A DNA stretch of 64,000 nt from Sphagnum compactum (Eukaryota), in contig OZ234493.1 in assembly GCA_965153455.1 (NCBI GenBank), forward strand, positions 31,548,213 through 31,612,212, given 5' to 3'. A program made the position numbers and the translations under genes. Under the pieces are notes generated by a model. That model had not been told where the DNA came from and made no database searches. It saw nothing but the letters and a program-made list of their open reading frames with translations. Below are positions 37,367 through 47,991 of this stretch, one piece after another (the first letter of the stretch is position 1; the number at the start of each line of letters is the position of its first letter).

Positions 37367-40300
37367 TTAATCCTGAAAACTAGAGGACCGAGAGAAACGA
37401 TCTTCCAAATAGTGTTCCAAGAACATGTTAGAATGAGTTAGATCTGTGCTGCCTTGTGATGTAACATCTTCTTCATCTACTCCAAGCATAGCCAATGCCA
37501 TGTATGTTTGCATGTCTCCCTCCTCACCACCCTTGTCACTCAACGTGCATCCCACTTCATCAAGATCGAAGGACGCTTTTGCCTCATGCCTTTGAAGAAT
37601 TGAAAGAGCCTCACTCCGATCACCATGAAGCATTTTCAACACCTGAATTATTCCAAATTCACTCACAACATAAGTTCCATGCAATAATAATAACACACGA
37701 AGCACTCACAATTAAGAGAAGAGCATTGTGCACATTAATCACATAAGTTGTTAATAACTTGGGGAATTAAGAAGAGGAGGGAGGGAGGGAGGAATGGGGT
37801 TTTAACATACTTGTCTCATGCTTGGTCGGCGAGGAGCGGATGGTTGAACACATAATGAAGCTGCGAATACCATGTTCTCCATTTCATTCAAATCATATAA
37901 CATGCGCACTTGCAACCGTGGATCCACCAACTTCTCCAAATTTCTCTTCTCCAACAATGGTCTAGCCTATATTATTCCCAAGAATAACAGAAATTCACAA
38001 AATGATCAAATTAAAATTCCCCAAAAATCATCACCACAAATTGGATTTGAAATTAGTCAAACAAAAAAAAAAAAGGATTGTAAAGAGCAGCAATGTTGAA
38101 GTCGCCTAAAATTTGATGAGGATGCTTGAGGTGTCCATAATATCCATAAATAAAAGATTAGAAACTTGATGTGAAATAAAAATGAGTCTAAACCCTAAAC
38201 CCTAAAATTTGATGATTTTTGTGCGGGGTGGGGTGAGAAAGATTTTTACCCAAGTGACAAGATTTTCTTGGCCTTTAGGCCTGGAATTGTCGATAGGAGT
38301 ACGGCCTGTGATGAGCTCGAGAAGCACCACACCAAAGGAGTACACATCTGTTTTGTTGTTGATTTTGCCATACATGAAATACTCGGGTGCCAAGTACCTG
38401 CCAAAAACCCTAAACCCCTCTGCTCACAATACTGATACTTGGGTCCACTTGCAAAAACCACCCAGGATTGTGTGTGACCACATTCCTTAAGCAATAGTCC
38501 CATTTGTAAACCCTAAACCAACCTGGTCTTACATACTAGTGAACCAATGGCCACGAGCGCACATCATCCATTTGAAAGCCTGTTATTACACAGTCATGGA
38601 TGGATGAACCCCAACTGAGTTGATGTCGGGTTTCACCTTGGTAACCTATCACGTAAGAAGTAGGTCTGTTGGTGGGTACGAGGATACTAGGGTTAAGGGC
38701 TACTAGGTCTGTAAGTAGATACATGTAGATGGTTCATACATAGGGTTAAGGGCTACTAGGTCCGTAAAATTTTCTCACAAGTTGGAATTTTTTTTAGCAT
38801 GAGAGTAATTTCCTAGTGTAGAAAGAAAAGATGAAGAAGGAATTGACTACCCAAAAGTGCCAAACACGTCGTTACATGGGATGTGTGGTGCATTTGTGGG
38901 ACCCCATTTTGCCAATCCAAAATCTGACAACTGCAAAAAATTCCCACCTCAAAACCTTCAGATTATAAGAAACACTTACTTGTGGGCAAGAAATCAAATA
39001 TGCAAAGAGTTTAGTGAGGGGCAAAGGGGGGCAGGTTTAGGGTTTAGGGTCGAGTCTCATCTTTGGTGTAATGAGATTCAAGAGCCATGACATGAGTATG
39101 AGGCAGCATCTAGGAGCACATAACAAATTGCAGTTTTCTCATGCTTACGATGTTCAATGGAAAGTAAGCTTCTCATGTGGGTCAGTCCAATTAAGGGTTT
39201 GCACATAGGCGCACACTCAACGTCAAGTGGTAGATGCAATGCATCAATCAATTAGAAGGGACATTGTAGCTGACATTTACCCGTGGCTCAAAGTTTGCGG
39301 TGAGAAGGACATTGGATGGCTTCACATCTCTATGGATGACAGGGCGTCGGCAGCCATTCTGAAGATAATCCAATGCTTCTGCGACACCTAGTGCCACTCG
39401 GTATCGTATCCTCCATGCCAACACCCGCTTGTCATCACCTGCTTGTCCATGAAGCAAAAAACACATGCTGTTTTCACAAAGGAGTGTTCAGGAAACTCAC
39501 GCTACAAGTACTCTAGTAATACATTACGAGTATATATGAAATAAGTTCATTTCCAACCCCTAAACCCTTAAACCCTAAAACCTGAAATCCTAAACCCTAG
39601 TTGAGGATCTGTTGTGTGAATCCAGAAGCATAATTTATTATGTGCAGTGATCCAGAAGCATTATTAAACTCTCACTCTCACTCTCACTTCTAAGCTCCCA
39701 GTTTATGAAACCCAAACTTGCTAAATTAATTATTATGGACTTTTGTGTTATAGACTTACCGTGGAGATGATCATCCAGACTCCCTTGTGGCACATAGTCA
39801 TATACAAGTGCCATGTGTGGAGTATCAGCACAGTAGCCAAGCAGCGTCACTATATTAACATGTGATAGATTGCATGTGATTTGGATGTCGGTTAGAAGCT
39901 CCTCTTCAGCTTGATGGCCTCCTCCTTGGTTTAAGCATTTGACTGCTACTAGCTTGCCATCTGGAGTCTTACCTTTGTAAACTTGGCTGGCTCCTCCTCT
40001 TCCTATTATGTTGCCTGCAACATTCCAACCCGCCCCCCATCATTTCTCATCAACATTTCCACATCTTGAAAATGCACCCAAATCCTTAGCACCTCGTCAT
40101 TTCATGGCTTTGACAGAAGCATGGTATTGCCTCAAGCAATACCCAGCCTAGTATGGTCCTTGCTACTGGTGTTGTTGATACCAATGTTGATGATGTCAGG
40201 CGCAGGCATATACACCAGACCAAAATTGGACTAGGCACTACTGTGGTGAAAAGTTCATCACAAATGGGAATTCAAGCAATCAAAGGAGAAAACATGATTT

Positions 40301-43300
40301 GATGGTGGATGCAAAGACAAACAGCAGCACACATCATTAGGACACCAACCCACAAGATCTCTCAAGTACAGATGCGGGAAGTGGAGGGAAGCAGGGTTTT
40401 AGAGGGTTTAGAGGGTTTTAAAAGCAAGTCTTGACTCACTTGGGGAGAAATTGGAAGTTGCTTCTTTCAGCTGATGGTATGAAAACCGTGTGCAAGGTTG
40501 ATCTAGACACAGATGCTCCACTTGCTGTGCCAGAGTTGAAGATACATGACAATTCCTTTGCGAGCTGGGACTTGCAGCAGCAGCAAAGTCTATGTTTACA
40601 GAAAACCGCATACTACTTGTGTCAAACTTAGCCTTGGAAGAGAGCTCTCCTCCCAGTACTAATTGATTGTATTGATGAGAGCCTTTCACCAAAGTAGTTC
40701 CTTTAGACAGTTTTGTTAGTGACTTCTTTGGCCCGTTGGGTCTAGATCTTAATCCTGGTAGTTTCAAAGCCCAGTTCACAACTGACAGATTGCGCTCGAT
40801 CACACCTGGGGTTGTTGTTGTTGTTGTTGTTGTTGTTGTTGGGCTTACCACAGGCTCAACAACAGGCTTTCTATCAAAGCCAATTGCATTGTGCATCAAT
40901 GGCCAACCTGGTGTTAACCACAAGGATTTCTCTGTGTCACCAGCACTCATGCCTGCTGCTGCTTGAGATGTAAATGCACTACATGAACCATCTTGGTCAG
41001 CACCCATCATGTGATTCTTCATGAATAGAGAAAATGAAGTCAAATCTTGTTGGTGAGGCAATGGCAGTTGAGAAAAAACTGCGGGCTTATTGTCATGAAA
41101 TTGGTCTGTGGTGAGGAGAAACCCGAGCTGTGTCTTCTTCTTTGTAGAGCTAATTGATTCCTTCTTAGACTGAGTAACTCCCCCTTCTTGTTTGACAAAT
41201 TGTCTCCTTGAGAAGAAGATCTGGAATTCTTCCACATGGGTCCCTGCTGCTGCTGATTTGACTGTTTCCTGCTGTGGAGTAGAAGCAATTAGGACACTGG
41301 TCGGTGAGGTTGAAGAATCACCATCATCACCATCATCACCATTGTCATCATCTGTCTGCAATGCTGAGGATGGTGCCAAGCGTCTGTAACTCATCTCTTT
41401 AAATCCACCCCGAGCTTTAAATTTGGGGAAATTTGCATCATGATGTGATGATGATGATATCAGCAGGTCAATCGTGCCCGGCCTTGCCCCCAGCTTCTTC
41501 TGCCTTCTGAAACTCCTCATATTCAGGCTCAAAACCTTCAGCATAGTACCTGACCCTGCATCAATTTTTGCTGCCAATTTGAAAAAGTATTTGGTGAAAT
41601 AATAGTAACTTGCATTTGGAGCTCAAAAGTTTGCATCAGGATCTCCAGGATCTCCGTAATTTGCATTTGGAGCTCAATATTTTCTCTGCTACAGAGATGC
41701 TACTGAAGAGATCTGTGGATTTTGGTGCATGGGGAAAAAAAAAAGGTTTTTATGAAGTGGAGAATTAGAAAGTCTCACTTGGCTCTTCATTCTTTAAACT
41801 GCCTTGTTTGTCAAAGACAATGAGTCCATGCTCCACAATAACCACACTGCAGGTGCAAGGCAGTCGCTTCAGACAATAAGTTCCCAAAGAAGTGCTCCGC
41901 CTGCCATAAATCTCCACAAATCCCAAATTTTACACACAAATTATAGGTGTTGATCTATAAGTAAAGCCGGGTAAAATTCAGATTCTTGACATGATTGTAT
42001 ATAATTTCTCGAATTTCAGAAATCAACTAGACTCATGATTTGCTCAAAGAAAATTTTGATCTCTGAAGCTGCAAGCAAAAATCAAGGAAGTCTTTACAAG
42101 TTTCAGATTTTCGGACTTCAAAAATGGTACAGAGTGGAAAAAGAGTGATTCATGCAGGAGGGATGCAAGAATAAAAATTGAAGGAATGATGTGTCTTGGT
42201 GTGGTTTAGGAGTGTGTGTCCCCACCCAATGATGAAGTGCTTGCTGCAGCTGCCTAGGACAAGCTTGGAGGCATCTTGCTTTGCCGCAAACTCCACCAAT
42301 GCTTTCTTCACTTTACTTCCTCTAATAATTTCCAACTGAAGCTTAACCTACAGCAATCCCGCACACAACCTAGATAAATAAATATAGAAATAAATAAAAA
42401 ACCAGATCCAAGCTCAAGAAGAAAAGTTCTGAATTCATAATTTCTTGCAAATTTTTTTTTGTAGATTACAAAATTTTGCACAGGTGAATGAGATTTCAAT
42501 CACCATTTGAAAAAATGGATCAGCAAGTGATTCCCCAAGAAATTTCTGCAATGTCTGATTCCATCAAATCTGCACATCTGAGAAGGCAAAATACAAATCT
42601 AGAATCTGCTGGTGGGCAGCTGGGGAAGAAATCTGAAGGCAAAATACAAGGTAGAATCTGCAGGTGACAGACCAAGGAAGAAGTCTGAAGAAGTCTTCTG
42701 AAGCTTAAAAGACAATCTAGAATCTGCAGGTGGCGATGGAGGAGAAATTTGAAAAACAAAATACAAGCTAGAATCTGCTGCAGGTAGCAGGCGGGGGAGA
42801 AGTCTGAAGCTTACGTACTTGCTTCAAGTCGCAGAGGCCCTTAAAAACAGACAGCATTCGTTCCAGGCACCTACGAAGCTCTTGTTGTCGCAGCTGCTGA
42901 TGAGTCCCTGTAGGTGATCCCGGCAGCAGCAGTAGCTCCTTCCCAGACTCTGAATTCAAACAATATGTGGAATTCCACCCCATGAGATCGATCGGCAATT
43001 TGGTGGAATTCCACAGCTACCCATCCGTAGCTTGATCAGCTTATAATAACTAGAGTTTCTTCAGCTACAAGAGCTCTGAAACTCAGAACAACCCTCGCGG
43101 GAACCAGACAAAAAAGCCGCTGGGCAAAGATCACATTACCTCCTGCAGCAGTAGCAGCAGCAGCAGGATGTCGAACTAGAGCAGGGAACGCGGAAACGTG
43201 GACCGCAACAATATGATCTCCAGGTTGCGCCTGCTTGGTGAGCACCCATGTCAACATCTCTCGACACGACACTGTCAGGTCCATCCCTACCACCACCACC

Positions 43301-43518
43301 TGTTGTTTTTGCTGTTGCTGCTTCGGCCTCGACCCAGCAGCTGCAGCTGGCTGCAGATGTCCCCCACGACCAGCTCCCTGCATCCTACTACTATTTTTCT
43401 TCTTACATCCAACAACTACGGCCGAGTCCCCAGCTGCAGCACCCTGCTGCTGCTGTTGCTGTTGCTTCTTCTTCCGCCCCACATGATCTCCTCCCGACCC
43501 CGGCTGCATCTCCCCCAT
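37367..43518 (-). CDS. Receptor-like cytoplasmic kinase RLCK-VI with N-terminal USP/adenine nucleotide alpha-hydrolase-like domain (At1g21590/At1g77280/STUNTED-like)
   Basis: Exons (minus): 43518-43140, 42949-42819, 42347-42226, 41900-41779, 41555-40440, 40014-39760, 39438-39281, 38930-38851, 38397-38250, 37966-37811, 37642-37367; 2943 nt = 980 aa + TAA. USP-like VVVGM…[26 protein letters not shown] and [10 protein letters not shown] motifs, [33 protein letters not shown]-terminal [12 protein letters not shown]. Confidence 0.95.
39557..39599. repeat. Interstitial telomere-like (CCCTAAA)n tract in RLCK intron
   Basis: CCCCTAAACCCTTAAACCCTAAAACCTGAAATCCTAAACCCTA, about 6 degenerate units. Confidence 0.8.
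42587..42812. repeat. Intronic degenerate tandem repeat, 4 units of ~52-67 bp
   Basis: AAAA(T/G)ACAA…TAGAATCTGC…GGT…GAA(A/G)T(C/T)TGAA recurs four times next to the 5' splice site of RLCK intron 2. Confidence 0.8.
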
Positions 43519-43746
43519 GGATCCCGTACTCCCAGCTCTGCCGAATCCCAGTACTTCCCCTTAACGTCGTCGTCGTCCTAGTACAAGCAGTTGCAGCTTC
43601 ATATCTCCCGCAAAAAAAATCCACATTGTAATTCTCATCTCCTAGTCCTCGTACTACTGCAGCTACAAAACTGCAACATGAAGTGCAGCACCACCAGTGC
43701 AGCTACAGTGTTAGTACTTCCTGAGTACTAACAACCCAGAGAAGAG

Positions 43747-43796
43747 GAAGAAGAAGAAGAAGAAGAAGAAGAAGAAGAAACAACAACAACAACAAC
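43747..43796. repeat. (GAA)n(CAA)n microsatellite in RLCK 5' region
   Basis: Directly visible compound repeat (CTT/GTT on the gene strand). Confidence 0.9.
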
Positions 43797-44563
43797 GAAG
43801 GGATCAGAACAAATCTGTTCACTGTGACAGATGCTGCACATCATCAAGTCTGTATAATCCGACTGGATTGCGAGACTTTTTCTCCATCAGAGCGCATGGA
43901 TTTGCTCGCGACGATGGAGATGCGCAAGACTGCCGCACGCGCGCGCGCAGCGACGCGCTCAAGTCTTCTGCGCGAGCTTTGCGCGAGAGAGAGAGAGAGA
44001 GGGGAAGCAAGCAGGCAGGCGGGCAGGAAGGGCTGGGCAGATAGGGGCAGGAGAAACGGGCAGAGTAGACAATTATTTTCTAATCACAACCTCAGAATTA
44101 TAGTGAGAAAATTTAGGTGGAATTTTTTTTTTCTCTAAATTCCTATGTAAGTTAGGTACACAAGTGTAGGTAGAAATAGAAAGGGCAGCCCAAAAAAAAG
44201 TACTGATTTACACTAATTTTTTTAATAATAAATTTTATTTTTTTCTACTTTGGGGTGGGTGTGTATGAGGATTTCAACTAGGATCTGCCCCCCATAGCTG
44301 CCCAAGCTGCCCAGAATATCAATAAAAGGTCAGAAAAAATTATAATGCCCTCCCTATGTACGAGCGGAAAAAGAATTCAGGGCATCATACAAAAGCCAAG
44401 AATAATGACACGAAGTTTTTGTTTTACCGAACAAAGACGTAACTTATTTCACATAAAGGTATTTTTTAATTTGGACTTTTTGGGTACCTAACTACTCAAT
44501 TTTTTTCAACCGTCCAATAATGAAGCAAATCCATGATCAATCGGTTCGTTGCCGTTTTGTACA

Positions 44564-44768
44564 ATGGAATGGTCAAGCGAGCCCCCTTGGCTAAACCCTA
44601 TGTCGGGTAAGTAAGGATGGAATGGTCAAGCCCCTTGGCTAAACCCTATGTCGGGTAAGTAAGGATGGAATGGTCAAGCAAGCCCCTTGGCTAAACCCTA
44701 TGTCGGGCAAGTAAGGATGGAATGGTCAAGAAAGCCCCTTGGCTAAACCCTATGTCGGGTAAGTAAGG
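44564..44768. repeat. 4 x ~48-53 bp tandem array containing telo-box
   Basis: Unit ATGGAATGGTCAAG(N0-5)CCCCTTGGCTAAACCCTATGTCGGGTAAGTAAGG starts at 44564, 44617, 44665, 44717. Confidence 0.95.
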
Positions 44769-46823
44769 TGTGGGGCGAGCTCATTGGAGCGAGAGCTTCT
44801 TGCGCAAATGCACCCAACAAACAAAAAAGAGCATTGCAAGGGCGAGACCATTCCATGATCACATCAAGGAAGGTCTCGAGTGGCAGATACAAAGAGGATA
44901 TATCCTGCACACTAGTAACAAAATTGAATGAAGAAAAGTCAAAACATGCTGGTTTAGCTCAGGAAATTGGTTTTTTTTTTTGGCAACAGTGTCATTGCGC
45001 CAGTTTGCTGGCCCTAATAATAGGGCGCAGTAACAGCAACAACGTTGTGCACATGCAAAAAAAAAAGAGTGTAATAAACAGGATCTGACTGGTGCTCAAT
45101 GTTTTTCTGATTGGTCCATCATAATGATTGGTCGACGTGGTTTGTTTGCTATTATTACTGTAGCCTAGTAGGGTCAGTTTTCCACATTGAGAAAACCAAT
45201 AATTCTTAACTTTTTCAAAAAAAATGAATTCGTATTTAAATTTTTTTGAAAAATTATATAATTTTCCATCATCTACTATAATATAATATTGTGATATGAG
45301 TAGTGAAATTATTCAGAGTGTATATAATAGCCTACGAATAAATAATTATGATGATTTTCAACATGTCAACTTCATATTTTTAACACAAAATTTCATTTCA
45401 CTATTTTGAGAATTATATACTGACAAAACTGACCTTAGTTAGGGTAAGGTAGTAGTAGTTGAATTCTCTCCCTCCCCCCCCAACACCTATTTGCTGTCTA
45501 TCCCAGTTTCAGTTTTAACCCCAGTGTGGGGTTGCAAAGAAAAATAAATAACTAAACTTGGATGTGAGAAATATGTTTTGCAGGGTCACATACTGAACAG
45601 CAGCAGCAGCAGTCTGGCAGAGCCTGGAACACACACATGTTTACAGATTTGTAAGGTGGTGCCTCAGAAGGTTAGGTCAGGTCAGCAGTCAAAAGAGACA
45701 AAAGGGGCCCAGTCAGGGGGGACACCTCTCCTATTTATTATTTCTTTTAGGCTCCGAATTTTTTTAAAATTAAAATTTTAAAAACTAATTTTTTTAAAAT
45801 TAGGTTCAAAAAAGATATTTAAAAAAAATTTAATTAATTAATTTTTAAAATTTTTTTTGGGTTCTTCTTATCCCTTCTGCATTACGTCTGATTTTGTGCC
45901 TTGTCTTAACTTACTGAGGATCATCACCTAACTCAATCACTCCACCACCCACCTCCATTTCTTCTAGAGTTTTCTTCGATGAATTTATTGGCTTTTAGCC
46001 ATTAAAGGCTAAAGTTGCCAATTAATTTTGACGCATATAAAAAACATCAGCTGTCGCAATATTTAAGGGGTTCAAAATAACCATTTACCGCAGCTTTTTT
46101 TTTTTCTTTTAATTTCTTAAATTTTTTTACTTCTTTGGGGGCGGGGGTTGAAATTGGTGAATTATTGCCAATAGTTGTGTTTTTTTTTTTTTTTTTTTTA
46201 ATCAAATTGGCAAAAAAAGTGTTTTGTGGGTTTTCTAGTTTCCAAATTTCAAATGTACAATTAAAAAAAAGTCACTGGATTCCATATGAAGTTCTAGTAG
46301 GTAGTGAGAATGATAGAAAGATGCTCAACTTTTGTCACTTTATTTATTTATTTATTTATTTATTTAATTTTTTTGAATATAGCCAAATTTGGCTAAATCC
46401 TCTAATAGATGATGAGCACTGATTTTAGGGTTAGGAAATCTCTCTTGGGGACCCCGGGCGGTGTGGGGAGTAAATTGTGGTAATAGTAGGTGTGTCCATA
46501 GTGGTCACCGAGTTGTTCGAGCTCGGTGGTTCGACTCTTGCATGGACCATCATGATTTGTATTGGGTATGCATTCGCTCGCTCGCTCGCTCGCCCGCCCG
46601 CATGTTGATTTTTTTGGATTTTTCATCTTTGAGGAGGGGGGGATGGATGGACAGACGGACTGGCCGACTCACACTCGGAAAGCTGAAATTTTTGTCACTT
46701 TGTGTGTTTTCCTCGATTTTGACCTACCTTATTGTGTAGTACTTATTACTACTACTCATCATCCATCCATAATGCTTGAATGCCATCTCCGGGGGGTGGC
46801 CGTGCAATTAACAAGCAAGCCTG

Positions 46824-47207
46824 AAAAAATTATGTCGGCCATGACATGATGTCTTTGGTTAAAAATTAACCCAAATTCGGTTAAGTTTAACCCGCCTTTG
46901 AAACGTTCAAGTGGGTTTTAAAAAATTATGTCGGCCATGACATGATGTCTTTGGTTAAAAATTAACCCAACTTTGGTTAAGTTTAACCCGCCTTTGAAAC
47001 GTTCAAGTGGGTTTTAAAAAATTATGTCGACCATGACATGATGTCTTTGGTGAAAAATTAACCCAAATTCGGTTAAGTTTAACCCACCTTTGAAACGTTC
47101 AAGTGGGTTTTAAAAAATTATGTCGGCCATGACATGATGTCTTTGGTTAAAAATTAACCCAAATTCGGTTAAGTTTAACCCGCCTTTGAAACGTTCAAGT
47201 GGGTTTT
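46824..47207. repeat. 4 x 96-bp tandem array
   Basis: TATGTC anchor at 46831, 46927, 47023, 47119; units nearly identical. Confidence 0.95.
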
Positions 47208-47698
47208 TTTGGAATTAAAAAAAAAATCCTTCAATTTTTTCCAAAGCCTGTGACAAATTTTGTTTTCACAATTTTTTGACAAAATTTGGCTGGTTGAGGT
47301 TTTCATTAACAAAATGATTTAGGAAATTTTGGGAAAAAAAAGGAATTTTTAAAAAAGAATTTGGAAATTATTTTTTTTGGGAAAATTTTGGAATTTTGTT
47401 TGGTCTCGTGTAAATTTGGCTTTAATTTTGACCATATTTAGGGATTTTTTTTTCCAATTTCTATGGAGATTCATACAAGTATATTTTAGGCTATGTGGTT
47501 TGGAACATGGATGCTTTTACGTGCTCTTGGGATAACCATCTTGTGGATGATGCTAGGGCTTTTGGTTGCTCCTCCCATTGTTTCATACAATATATGTTGC
47601 ATATGGGCAAACATGCAAGCTAATAATGTCTTGTTTGGTTAAAATTTCAAGAACTTGATTCTTGATTTTTTTTCTACAAGTAGTAGTAGTTTTGTTCT

Positions 47699-47991
47699 CA
47701 ACAAAGTTTCCCATTCAAAAATTATGTCCACATAATATTTTGTACATTGAGAAATGGGTCAACCCTAAACCCTAGTTTGGATCATCTCAAGCTTTGGTGC
47801 AATGCAACCAACATCACTCCATAATCAAGATACCCTCCAAGTTCACAACAAAGTTTCCCATTCAAAAATATGTCCACATAATATTTTGTACATTGAGAAA
47901 TGGGTCAACCCTAAACCCTAGTTTGGATCATCTCAAGCTTTGGTGCAATACAACCAACATCACTCCATAATCAAGATACTCTCCAAGTTCA
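47699..47991. repeat. ~146-bp tandem duplication with telomere-like motif
   Basis: AACAAAGTTTCCCATTC…CAACCCTAAACCCTAG…CTCCAAGTTCA present twice with few differences. Confidence 0.9.

Noticed and set aside
43198..43631. Plus-strand ORFs over RLCK exon 1
   Set aside because: Antisense shadows of a CAG/GCA-rich coding exon.
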